From Geosiphon pyriformis uo1 (lineage: Eukaryota > Fungi > Glomeromycota), in assembly GCA_016748015.1 (NCBI GenBank), contig JAAOMT010000379.1:360095-424094 (forward strand): a DNA stretch of 64,000 bases, in the 5' to 3' direction. This document shows, one piece after another, positions 25,831 to 39,103 of the stretch. The notes beneath the pieces were generated by a model. It saw only the letters and a program-made list of their open reading frames with translations, searched no databases and had not been told where the DNA came from. The translations under genes and the position numbers were made by a program. Each line of letters opens with the position of its first letter. Positions within the stretch are counted from its first letter, which is position 1.

Positions 25831-27843
25831 TGTGGTAAAAGTTAATTTTTTTAAAGAAATTTTCAACTATAAGTTTTTTAATGATATGTAATTACTTTGC
25901 AAAAAAGTTAATTCAAAAATTTTGACTATAAGCTCTTTAATAATATAAAAAATAAGAGTTTTTATTAGATAAAAACATTTTTTTACAAATTTATAAGAAA
26001 ATTAATTTCAGTTATAAAACAGTAGCTAAAATAAAATATATTTTTAACTGTAATGTTATTTTAAGTTCTAAAATTTTTTTTCTGTTAATATTTTTATAAA
26101 TTTTTTATATATATTAACAATTACAAGTTATTTTAGTAAACTATTGAATATTTTGCTAAATTTTTATATATTTTATTAAATATTATATAGCTTAAGATAT
26201 TATATTGTTTAATTATTGTATTCAATTATATTTGTGTATTATACAAATTATTTATTAATTAAATACAATATTTGATAATTTAACTAAATAATAGTAGTAA
26301 AAATGAAATTAATATTATTTAATAATTAATAATAAAAATTATAAAAATAATTTTATGTTAATTAATAACTTTTTTTTTGTTTAATAATAGCATGTTTTGT
26401 CTTTGGTGCTTTATTTTTATTATTAAATATTAAAATAGCTGTATTAAATTTAAAACTAAAACTAAACAAAAAGTTTTTTTTTTGACTTGTATTTTTACTT
26501 TCAAAAGATATTTTTACTAATTTAAAATTTAATATTAATAATATACTAAAAGCTCTTAATTTTAGTATTTTTGATTATATTATAACTGTTATTATTAATT
26601 AAAACAAAGTTGATATTATAATCTTTAAGATTTTTGGTTTCTTTAAACTATTTAAACTAATAGTTTTAAAAATTATGTTAAATTTGTTATTTAATTGTTT
26701 ATTAAAGTTTTAAGCATAAGCAATAAATAAAATAGCAGTTATTTAAAAAACAGAAGCAAATACTAAGAAAACTATTAAAAAAACATATTTAAAATATATT
26801 TATTAATTATTTTAAATTTGCTAAACAATTTTAACTATTATATTTAAGATAAAATTACTTTTTAGAACAAAAAAAATCATAAAATATAAAACAGATTGCT
26901 TTTAATATTTTTGTAAAGAAATGTATTTTTTGTTTTTTATTTAATTTTTTTTAAATCTACATATTTAATTAATTTTTTTGGATCTTATATGTGTTGTTAA
27001 GTTTTATTACCTATTTAATATTAAAATTAAATTGTAAAATATATATTAATTTGATTTTTATTTTTAAAAAGCCATTAAACAATTTGTTAGATCGTTTTAT
27101 TGGCCATTTTTTAAGTAAACCATGTAAAAAAACTATTAAAAGTTTTTTTTAATAATTTAAAACTTATTATTATTGATTGTTATTGCTTTTTTAATTTTTT
27201 TTAACTATTTAATTAAGTTTTAAGTGTTTTTTAAAATAAAAATAAAAAATTGTATTTTGTTTACCAAAAACTGTTTGAATTTTTTGGAAAGTAAATAAAA
27301 TATTATTCTATTAAAAAACTTTTGGCTAAGTTATTATATTAAGTATTAAAGTTTGTAATAAAAATTTTGAATTATTGAAAAAAAATTCAAAAATAGAAGC
27401 AATTTAATGGTTTTTTTTTAGTTTTTAATAAAATTTTAATTAATTAACAAAAAACTATTTAATTGTAGACTTAATAACTTAAAACTTCGAAATTGTAAAG
27501 TAGTCATCAAAAAAATTAAAAATATTATATAATTTTTTTTGATTGTTTTTTTCAAAAAATTTTTTAAAATATGCTTGTTTAAAAAGTAAATAATATAAAT
27601 AAACTAGATTTTAGCTAAATAATCAATGTAAAATAAATTTTAAAAATCTTATAACTGTTAACTAAATTAAATTTTAACTAAAAAACAAATAAAAAAGAAT
27701 GAAAAAATTGATTTTAATATAATTTAAATTGTTTTAATTGTAAACAATAAAATAATCATAGATTTTTCGTGATAAAAAAAATAATTGCTTATATAATAGT
27801 AGGTAAATTAAAGATTAACAACTTTACAAAGAGCACTTTTTTA

Positions 27844-28140
27844 TGTTATAAGTTAAAAAAATATGTAAATAAATAGCAAAGAGAACAATTATTGTATAAT
27901 CAAAAAATAATCAAAAAATTAGAATAAGACTTATAAATATTTCATTTGTTATTTTTTTCAAAAGTAACAAGAAAATTAGAAAGTTGAAAAATAATTTATA
28001 CTGTTAGCAAATTAATACAGCTGCTATAATTATATGTTTTATATTAATTTTTTTATAATTTAATAAAATGTATTATTTGTATTTTTCAGTAAATATTTAT
28101 TTAATATGTTTTACAAAAAAGCTAATAATATACATATCAA
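27844..28140. repeat. Degenerate LTR-like repeat (partial)
   Basis: Starts TGTTATAA and shows eroded similarity to 29823-30160 and 39104-39430. Confidence 0.5.
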
Positions 28141-29822
28141 AAAAAAAAAAAAAATAGAAATTAAAAATATAAGTAAATTAAAAGTATTTTTTATAATAAG
28201 TAATTTTTGAAATATTTTTTTTAATTAAATATATAAAATACTTACATTATTTTTGGCTTTTTTAAGACTTAATATACTCAAATTTTTAATTAAAAACATT
28301 ATTTTAAAGTATTTATGTGATTTTTTGTTTTTGGTTATAGTTATAACTTACTTATAAATTAATAAATTAATTTTTTTCATATTTTAATTAATAATTACAA
28401 TTATTATTTTATCAGTATTAATATTAATATTATTCATTTAAAAAATTTACTTGGTATATTCAAAATTTTTAACTCATATTGTATTATCTATAGTAAAAAA
28501 TTAGTTTATTAGCTTTTTTTAATGTGTTTTATTAGTTTTGCATTAATTTTGTATCTTTAAAAGTTCTCATTTTTTTGATTTACACAAAAAATAAATATAA
28601 AAAATTTATTATAATAAAAATGAAAAATTTTATTTTAATCCATATAATCTTTAATTAAACTAAAAATAGCTATATTATTTTTTGTTATTATGCAACCTTT
28701 TAAAAACTTTTGTTTATTTTTATTTATTCAAAATATTTTTTTAGATACAATAATCTTACCAAGTTATAGGTTTTCTTTATATTTTGTTAAATTATTTATA
28801 GTTTTCAATTTTTTTTAAAGCATTTTTAACTAAAAATCTTAGATGTTTTTGTTAAAGTTTTTTAAATACTATTGTTTTTGCTTTTAGAAATCTTAAAATA
28901 AAATTCATCAATATTTTTAAAAGTATTTTTTTTGCTGTATTAATTGATTAAAGATATTAGTTTAGTATTGATAAAAAATTTTATTATTTATACAGTTTGA
29001 AAAATATCAAAACTCAAACAAATATTATTTACTCGTTATATTTTTTTTAATTAAAATTGTATTAAATAACTTTAGCAATATATTTATAATTAATTTATTA
29101 ACATGTTTTTATATCTTATTTAATATTTTAAATTTTGTTATTGGATAATAATAATACAATATTTTTCAATTTTTTTAAACATTTTTTTTTATTATATTAT
29201 CAAAAATGCGATTTTTAATATGTTTTATTAGTGTATATTAATTAATTTATTTTGTTTACATATAATTATATAATTTATAATTTTTTACTTTTTTTAATAA
29301 TGAATAATTAATAAAACTTTTTTGTTTCTATACTAAAAAAAATATTTGTTTCTAAATTATAAATAAATAAAGTTATTATTGTTAAAATAAAATATTTATT
29401 TTATTTTAGATATATTAAAAAAAATATTCAGTTCTATCTTATTTGTTTAATTTTTTATAACAAATATCTTTGTAGTTTTTTTAATTTGTGTATTTGTATG
29501 TCATTTGTTTTGTTTTTATATTTAATTTTATATAAACATATATATTTATATATTTTATTTTATTTACATATTAATTTAAACCAGTTTCTGTATAAATGTT
29601 GTTTTTAATATTATCAGAATTTATTAATTAATTTAAAACTTTATTTTAAAAATAAATTAAAAAAATCACAAAAAAATTTGTATTAAAATAAAAAAGTTAA
29701 TTAACTTTTTTATTTATATTATTTATTTGGTTATTAATAATAATAGAAATTTGAAAAGACAATAACTTGTTTACTAATTTAATATTAAAAACTTTAAAAC
29801 TTTTTGTAATAATTATTATTAT

Positions 29823-31940
29823 TGTTATGATCTAATATAATATGCTAACAGATAGCAAAAAAGAACAGTATTGTATGGCAATAAAATAATAAAAAAGCAA
29901 TTCAACTTTAATAAATAAATTGAATTAGTAAAAATTCAATATGGTAGATTAATTTCATAAATATTTCAGTCGCTATTCTTTTTAAAAAGTAACAAAAAAT
30001 CTGGAGATAAAAAAATAGTCAGTATTATCAACAAAAAATAACACATTGGTATAATTTTATGTTTTATGTTAACACTCTTAGAATTCAATATCAGGTATTA
30101 ATTGTACTTTTTAGTAAATATTTATTCAATATACTTAACAAAAACTAATAATTATACAAATCCAAAAAAATAATGAAAAAAAATAAAGAAGTAATATTAT
30201 TGTATTGATTTTTGCTTTGAATTTTTGATTCGAATGTAAATAAATTTCTATAGTTTTTAAAAGTTTTACTTATATACTTTAAAAACAATTAATGATCAAG
30301 TTAGTAATTACATTAATAATTCAATTAATAATCAAGTCAATAATCAAATTAATAATTAAATTAATAATTAATTCTAAAAATAGAGTGACTATTAATAATA
30401 TTAATAACTAATACATATAATTAACTATAGCTAAATAAATAAATAAAAGTAAAAAATAAAAGTTTAATCATAATATTATTTTCTTTAAAAATATTAAGCT
30501 TCAATAAAATAAATTTATCTAAAGAAAATTTTAGGTTTTTTATTTTGAAATTAACTAGTTTGTTAAAATTTTTTGCTAATAAAGTATAAAAAAAGCTATA
30601 ATAATAGTAGTTTTAAATCCAAAAAACCAAACTTTTATATAAGTATTTTGATTTTTTTTACAATAATCAAAACTTTTGAAATATCTAAATATAATACTTA
30701 AGATTTTTGCTTAAATTTTTGAAGTTGTTTTCTTTAAAAACTTTATATTATCTATAATTTCACCAATTTTTTTATAATTTTTAAGCTATCTTTTATATGA
30801 AAATATTTTGTCTATAAACAAAACTTTTTTGTTATTTTTTTAAATATATTAGAAAGAAAAATATTTTATCAATTATGTATTTAAGTACATATTTTTTTAT
30901 TTTGCTGCCAATTTTCTGTTTTTTATAACAGTTTTTTAAAAGTTGATAACAGAGTATATTCTAATTTTATTTTTTTTAGTAATTTGTTTTTCAATAATAA
31001 TTAAAGCATCTGGATAATTTTTATTTAATATTTATAAATAGTGAAAAAAGCAATTTAAATATTTTAATTATAAAAATATTTTTTTATACTGGTTAAAAAT
31101 ATAATTGTTTTGAAATTAAAATGACTTTTTTATATTTATTTTGATATATTACTAATAAATATTGTAAATATTATAATAATTAGTAATTTATTAGATTTCT
31201 TATAATATTTTTTGATTTATATACTATAAACAAATCGATTATTAAATATTGTTTTATAGTAGTCCTATAAAATATAAGATTTATTGTTTATTATTTTGTT
31301 AATTATTAATGGTTTTTTCTATTAACTTGAAAATTTGTTACTAAAAACATTGTTTTAATCTAATTTGTATTCAAAAACTAAGCCATTAATACTTAAAAAA
31401 GTGTTTTATATGTTTTTTTTTAAATTTTTTTTGGAATGTTTTTATCTTTTTATAAGTAATTATTTATATTTTTATTAAAAATTTTAATATTGTTCTAAGT
31501 TTTTGTTATAAGTTTAATTATTTTTTAAAAAGCATTGTTTTAATATTAGTTTTAATTAATAATATTATTATGTATTTATAGAATAAATAAAAAAATTTAT
31601 AACTAATTATGTTATGGTTTATTCTTTAATAAATAAAGAGTGCTAAAAACAAAACTTTGTTTTTATAAATTTGTTTTTTTACTGGTTTTTGCTAAAGTTT
31701 TATAAATATTTAATTGAAATATTTTACTAATTTATTAGTCTATAAGTAATAAAAAAGAAGAGTTTATAATATATTCCAAGTTTTTTTTACTATTAAACTA
31801 AGAAAAAATTTTCTTTATTTAAAAGTAATTCTTAAAAACATCTATGTTTACATATAATTTTTTTATTAATAAAATTAACAATTAAATAACAGTTTAATTT
31901 AAAATGGTTTTTGTTTTTTTTATTTTGTTAAGTAATTTTT
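29823..31940 (-). mobile_element. Fossil Ty3/Gypsy LTR retrotransposon: integrase end, downstream region and 3' LTR (29823-~30475)
   Basis: LTR ends TGTTATGATC...AATCATAATA (inverted, differing only by transitions). Minus strand ~31590-31750 decodes to an eroded QTNGLVERFN...LAKTS...ALFAY integrase motif. 29845-31250 is colinear with 39120-40460. Confidence 0.7.
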
Positions 31941-32114
31941 TATTATTATAATATATTATTTTTTTTTTTTTTTTTTTTACAAATTGGAAAAAACTTTTTT
32001 CTCTTCTATCTCCAAAACCCTCAAAAACCACACTTTCTGTAAAAAGAAGGTTTTTTGTTTTTTTTAGTCTATATCAATATTTTTTTACCTAATAATAACC
32101 CATTTTTCGTGGAT

Positions 32115-33977
32115 ATGGAGGCTACTGCTAGTAGCACCATACCTAAAAAGAAGGCTCCTAAAGATGCTTTTTTCAGTCCTACTGGTGGCTCTTTTTCTCA
32201 GAAAAAAACAGTTGTTCTTGGCAACATAAAACACTCTGGTGATGAAAAGGATATATCTTTGAGCAAAGCTGGATCTAGTGGCAGTGTTTATTCTGATGTG
32301 GAGAGTATATTTGGTGAGAATGAGAATGTTAGCATGTTTAGAATGAATGGTGGATCTCTTTTGGACTCAGCTGCTACTACACCCAAAGCAAAGTGAGTCA
32401 ATTCTGGTATTGGCTTTGGTTCTTTACTTGGCTCTCCCAACTTTCATATAGATAATGATAAAGTAGTGCTCCCTTCTTGCTTGCCTATCTCTCTAGAAAA
32501 AAAGTGGATTTACCCTAAAATTATCAAGACTCCTGTGGAGGTGCCAATTAAAAAGTCATTTGCTTTGAATATTAATCTCTCAACTGTAGAAAGTAAATTG
32601 GCAACAGCAAAGACTCAGTTAATTAGAAAAATTTTTTCAACAGTCAATGGTTTTGGAGAGGCCACTATTCCCTCAAAATTTGAAGGGATCATCCAATTAA
32701 TGTTTACTTTTGAAGAAAGCATGGAAATGGCCATATTATTGGCCAGAGAAAAAGAGATTGATGTAAACAACAATCTTAAAAAACAAGAAATGAGGTCAGA
32801 TCAGACTGTGATAATCAAGAAAATTCTCATAAATATACCTAAAGATATAATCATTATTGTAATATTTAAATTTGGGGAAATTAAGTCAATCAAAATTCAA
32901 TTAATTGGAATGTGGCAAAAAACTGTGGTAGAGTTTGCTGAAATAGACCAAGCTGTTTTGTTGGTCTCAAAGTGATCATTCCTAATTGGTAAAAATTCTG
33001 TACAAGTAGTTAAAGCAGTGGAGAATTGTGAAACTTGGATCAGTTCAGAACACTTCTGTTTACTTTACCTGTGAGAACAATTGCTCATGATTTGGGCAAT
33101 CTTTTGGTAAGAGCTGGTGGGAAAACATGCATCATAAACAGGTCTATAGAAAATAGTAATAAGATTCACTGTGCAATAGTCAGTTTTGCCTCTGATAATG
33201 ATCTAGAATTTGCCTTTCACACGGAGCCTGTCTTCAATAGAGTGAAACTCTCTTGGGCAAGATTGGATTTGGTTCAGTGTGAGAAATGTGAGAAGCTTGA
33301 ACATTCTGCTTTAGAATGTAATGTGCCTGCTGTGTCCATTTCTAAGTTTTTCAAAGTCATTTAAAAGAGTTGCATCTGATAAACATCATTTTCAGTTGGC
33401 AAAATTGTATGAGAAAAAAAGTGTTTTAATATCTTGCCCTACTGTCTTTGGTGGCAAATCTTGGGCCCAGGTGGTCTCACTTGTTGGTTCTTTTGATGGT
33501 TTTCACTTCACTTTTGGCTCTGGTTCTTCTTCTTCTGGCATCTCAGATTTAAATAGTGGTTGTCCTCCTATCTTGGTTGATGACTTATCTTTGGATGCTC
33601 GCTTGGCTTCTTTGAAATAATTGTTGGAACTGTTAACTGACCAAGTTTCTAGTATTATGCACAAGCTCAGCAATCTGGAATTGGTGCCACAAGCTCTATC
33701 TCCTTCTTCTAAAGTCTCAGCTACCTTTGTTACTGCCAAGAAGGATTTGGCTTTGGATATGATTGTGAATGGTTCTGAGTTGGTACTTCCACCTTCCTCA
33801 TTTGCCTTCTCTAGCATGTCAACCTTAGGTCTAAGCAGCTCAAAAGTTTTGATAACCAAAGTTGGCAGTCTGGAATCTAAATTGGTGGCTTTTGAAACTT
33901 CTGTTGATTCAGTTTTGGTGAAGTTAAATTACTTGTGTGCTGGTTCAGGTCCTTTGTCCTCCTTTTCATTCCAATGA
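32115..33977 (+). pseudogene. LINE A ORF1 (RRM-like domains, CCHC knuckle, coiled coil)
   Basis: FGEIKSIKIQLIGMWQKTVVEF (RRM-like) and CEKCEKLEHSALEC (CX2CX4HX4C). In-frame stops and a frameshift. Confidence 0.85.
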
Positions 33978-36900
33978 GTAGTTTGATATAGAGAATAGCT
34001 ACATGCAATGTTCAGAGCATCAACATGCCTGCTAAACAAGAAAATGTTGTGCGCTGGCACAAGGAATCTGGGAATACAATTTTAGTATTAACAGAAACAA
34101 AGTTGAGGTCTAATATTAGGCCTTGGATCATAAACAAGTTCGATGGAATACAGATTTTTACTTTTGGTTTGGATAAAAGTTTTTTTGGTGTTGGTGTGGC
34201 TATTATTATAAACAATTTTTTGACATGTCATGTTTTAAAGGTGGAGGAGATTTCTGGCTGTGTTGTCTTAGTTCGTTTTCTCTTCAAGAACAAGACTTTA
34301 GTCTTAATTATCAGTCTATATGCTGGTGCCTCTTCTGGTGTTAGGTTTAGCCTGGCCTCGGTGGTCAATTTTTTTATTGCCCAAGTGGTTAATTCTAGTA
34401 CTTTTATCATCTTGGGTGGTAATTTTAATGAGAATAGAGCTAGAAAAAGTGCAAGTCTTGGGTTTTGTTTGAATTTGAGCTTGATTAATTCTTTTGGTGG
34501 TCATTCTCTGGCAAGTGCACCTACATAGAGCAATTCAAGAAGTGTTAATAGAGTTATTGACTACATTTTTGTTAGCAAGAATCTCATTTCAGCAGTGGCT
34601 GGCCATGATATTGGTTCTGTTTCTGAGTTTTTTGACACTGATCATAGTGCTGTTTTCATCTCTGTGGGCTTAGGGGGTCTTCTGAATGTTTATTTGAACA
34701 ACACATGCAAACAGGCTAATAAAGATTATTGGAAGTTCAATTTGAAGGAGGTAGATGATAGTCAGTGGGAATGTTTTAGGTTGTGTTTTTCAGAGAGATT
34801 TTCAGTGAGAGCTGAGGAGTTTCTTAATGCAGAACATAGTGGCAACTTGGATGCAATATGGGAGATTCTCGGAGAAGTGGTAGTTAATTCTGCTGATGTT
34901 GTCTTTTTTCGGCTCTGGTATAATGAGTTCAATTGTGCTAGAAATAAGTTTTTTTCAAAATTTTTCAGATTAGAATTGCTGTTATTCAAGATTGTCAAAA
35001 GTTTGAGTTCAGGGCTGGGTTTGACAGTTGACCATCTGGTTAACACTTGGTTAATCATTAATGAAGTGGAAGCTTCCAAAGTTTATCTTATGATTAGTAA
35101 TGAAGTTCGGATTGATGTTATTCTGCATCACATTTTAGGAGTCAAAAAAAGTTACCGCAAATCTAAATATTATGAATTCAAAGTGGTCAGGAATAACTCC
35201 ATCAAAAAGGCTGTTGAAAAACACATAGAAAATTTTTGTTCAGATAAGGGAAGAATGATTAAGAGCATTTTGAATTGGCTATTTAGGAAAGTGGTTTTTG
35301 ATTATTTAATTGTTAATAACAACCTTATTCTTGAACCACAGATGGTTAAGTTTTCGATTGACACAATAATGAAGGATTAGACAAGAAAGCGCTTGGCTTC
35401 TGATGCTCTCCCTAATCATTGATGTGGACGATACACCTCTTTGGATTATGTTAATAAAGTTACATTCTTAAAGGTTATGGGTGATATTGATATGAATGAG
35501 CTTATGTGTGTTATAAAGGATCTGCCTGATAGGAAAGCTGCTGAACTCTCTGGCATACCTAATGAGCTATAGAAACATGGTAATATGTTGGTTCTTAGTA
35601 GTTTTTTGTCTATTTTTAATTGTTGTTTGAAATATGAGAAGGTTTTTGTACAGTAGAAAAAGTCTTAGGTGTTCATAATTCTTAAATCTTATGATTAGGA
35701 GGGCACTCTCACCAACACCTATCCAATTGTATTGATAGAAACTGCTTGGAAAATTTTGTCAAAGGTTTTTTCAAACAGAATCTCTCTGGCTTGTAGCAGA
35801 TTCAATGTTTTGTGTGATGACAATTTCTCAGTTCTTAAAGACACCTCAACACAAAGTCTGATCTTTGCCATTGGTTCAGTTATTGAGGATGCTCTGGAAA
35901 AAAACTGAAAGATGTGGCTTGTTTTTTAAGATATGCACAAAGCCTATGATTCTGTCGGGTGAATTCATTTGCTCAATAGCTTAGTCAAGATCAAGATGTG
36001 TTCTCACTTTATTAACTTTTTTGGCAATATACACAAGAAAAGAACCAATCGGGTGATGACAGATTTTGGCTTAACTGATGGCTATATTGTTCACAATGGC
36101 CTTGATCAAGAGGAGATGTTTTTGCCATTATTATGGAGGATATTTTATGACTCACTTTTTTGTGAGGTAAAGAAGCATGAACATTTTTATGGGTACAGAA
36201 TGTGTTCTAAGTTCTTCACAAGGACTGGCAAGTCCAATCTAAGGAGTGACCTGACTTTTTTCTTTGCTGCTGGCACTTTTGTAAATGACACAATCTGGGT
36301 TGGCAACTGTTTGACAACTATGCAAAATATTTTAAACATAGCCAGTGAGTTTTTTGCTATCAATAATATTTTGATAAACACAGAAAAAACAGTTGCCATA
36401 CCTATTAATCAAGGTGTCCGGGATGCTGTTCTGTCTATTAGTGGTTCTAGGATTTTAGTGGCGAGAAAAGATGAGTCACACAGATACCTGGGTATTTTTT
36501 TATCAACTAATGGCTTGTCTAAGCCCAGCTTAGCCAAGGCACATGTTGATGTCAAGTTCTTTTCAAATGTGGTTTTGAGGAAAGCCATCACTGAAAAACA
36601 ATTTTTGTACTTAGTTTTAGCCGTCTTACAGTCTATTGTTGGCTACAGACTGCAATTTAGCTTTGCCTTCAAAAGTGCATGTGAGAAATAGGACAGATTA
36701 TTAAGGAAGGGACTAAAGTTTAAAGCTAATCTGCCTAAGAACTTTCCTAGTGAGGTGTTACATCATTCTGAGTTTTATGAAATGAAGACTTTTAAGCAAG
36801 TGCTAACAGAAAATTTGTTGACTAACTTAGTTAATTTTGCCAATGCCAGTAGAATTCTTGGTAGATTTTTTGATTATAAAGTGATAGATCTGTAGGCGGC

Positions 36901-38655
36901 AAGTTAGACACTCTGGCATCCTCTACATTTTCTGATTACATTGCCTGTTTGTCCTTTGAATTGTTTTCTGGAGCTATCCATGCTTTTGCTTCATGCAATC
37001 TTTTCTTGAGTGGTGCAATTCCTAATGTGTTTTGAGCTGGGTCCAGCATACCCATTTTGGATGTGCTGGGCCTGGATATATATATAAGTGTAGTTAAGTC
37101 TCTCAAATGGTATGGCTTTGTCTTTGCTAATCAAATTTTGAATCAGCGTAAAGTGTGTTTTACTTGAAATACTTTTCGCAAATGGAAAAGACTGGACTTC
37201 AGAGGTCTTATTTCTACTTGGTTCATGTTCTTGTCTGATTTTGTTAGGAATAGTGGTTTGGGTGGTGGCATGGCTTTAGCATCTTATTATGCTTGTGCTA
37301 ACATGTCTTGCAAGGTCAGTTTTATCTCTGAACATGTCTTTGTTTCTGGTAGTAATTTCATTGAAGTTTACACAGATAGTTCTGTCAAAGGTATGGGGAC
37401 CATTGGTGCCTGTAGTGGTACTGCTGTGTACTTTCCAGTGGTTGACATGAGCATTAGAGTAAAAGTTCATGGCTTGTTGTCTTCAACATTGGTGGAGTTA
37501 CAAGCTATCACTTTAGCTTTGGAGTGTGTGCCTGCTTATAGTATTATTACTTTGTACACGGACAGTCAAGTGTCACTGGATATATGTGAACTAGGTGTGA
37601 GTGCATCTGGTCCTGACTTTCACAAAAAATGTTGGTTGGAAAAAAAACACATTTGTTATTCTATTTCAAAAAAAAATCTTTTGGTCACATGAAAAAAGGT
37701 CAAGGGACATTCGGGTGTTGTTGGAAATGAGCAAACTGATTTTTTTGCTAATACGGCAGTTACTTCTAAGTCTGTGTTTTCTTTCAATGTGCTGTGCCAC
37801 TTTTTTGGTGTGAAAAACCAGCCTATTTTAGATAATGTGTGTCATTTTGTCAGGAGTTTGTTCAATGTTATTAGTTTTGCCAATTGGGAATTCAAGTGTA
37901 CTTCTGGAGTTGTGGACAAGGATGTTATCTGTACAGTTGATATGAACAGGTCTTTTAGTGTTTGGCATCCAGATAATAAAATCTGGTCAGGTTATACCAG
38001 TTCATCTTCAGCTTCATTGTATTCATATCTTATGAAGTCACTTCACTGTTACTTGCCAGTTACCATGAAAAAGAGGTTGTATAATTCCAAATATCCCAGT
38101 GTATTGTGCATCAGATGTGGTTTGGTTGAAAATTTGGATCACTTTTTTTTGTGTGTGCAGGATGATGGTACCAGGGAGGCTTTGTTGTTGGCCACTCGAG
38201 TAAAATGGTGCGAGATGGTTGGTTGTTTGGTCATAGAGAATATAGTTATTAAGTCTTTTTGTGAGGCTGGATCTGCTGGTGGCTTATATATGATGTTGGC
38301 CAAAGAGTTTGTTTTAAAAAGCTGTGTGGCAGATGCTGCCCGCCATTTTGGCTTTCAGTCTGATAGTGATATGGTCATTGGGTTGGTTTACAACATGGTT
38401 AAATATCACAGATCCAGCATCTGGCTGTCTGTTGCTAAATTGAGATCCTTTTATGAAAAACATGGTTTGCTGTCATGTGATGGCTTTGCTGTCCCTGTGG
38501 TAGTCAGTTTGTCATCTGTTAAACCTGCTGAGGTTATCTGCAGTTTTGGTATTAGATTGGGCATTTATGTGTGCTTTGGTTTGCATCCTCATTTGTCCAA
38601 TTTTGACTTCAGTTTCTTAAGTCATGTTCCTGTAGTAGATCTTGTAGATGTGTAA
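33974..38655 (+). pseudogene. LINE A ORF2 (APE endonuclease-RT-RNase H-Zn finger)
   Basis: APE: ATCNV, LTETKL, GVGVAI, GGNFN, IDYIF, TDH. RT: DMHKAYDSV, GLDQ, TFVND, YLGIF. RNase H: VYTDSS, ELQAI, YTDSQ, KVKGHSGVVGNE. Zn finger: CIRC..E..DHFFLC. Confidence 0.92.
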
Positions 38656-39103
38656 TGCTGTCTTGACTGGGCCGAGTGTCTGGTCACATATAGAAAAAAC
38701 ATGAGCCATACTTAATTTAGAATCCTGTTTGATTTTATGTATTTAGGTAGTAGTTGAGCTGCATTCGTAAAACTTAATAAAAAAAATAATATATTTGTTT
38801 TTATTAAAGACTATAATTAAAAATTTAACAATATTAATTTCAATTTTATTAAAAAATTAACTAACAAAAATTGGATTTATTTCTTCATTAACAAATATTA
38901 TATGTTCTAATATATTCTGTTATATTTTTTTTAAAGTTGGCCAATAATATCTTGTTTTTTTGTGATGTTTGATATTATAGTTATATTTATTTAAGTATAT
39001 AATCCAATAAAAAAATCTTTTATAATTCAGTTTTATTTTGTTTTTTAATTAAACTAAAACTTAATAATTAATATAAATATTAAATTATTTTCTCATAAAA
39101 TAT

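Larger units (their letters stand above)
31990..38786 (+). mobile_element. LINE copy A, near full-length (6.8 kb), inactivated by many premature stops
   Basis: ORF1 plus ORF2 homology with copies B and C, 3' UTR, and A-rich tail at 38779-38786. Confidence 0.95.

Noticed and set aside
33989-38655. Frequent in-frame TGA/TAG at Trp positions suggesting an alternative genetic code or readthrough
   Set aside because: The same site is TGG, TAG or TGA in different copies, frameshifts also occur, and host genes use TGG for Trp with standard stops. This is mutation, not recoding.
38668-38730. tRNA A-box-like GGCCGAGTG in the LINE 3' UTR
   Set aside because: No cloverleaf and no convincing B box; treated as part of the UTR structure.
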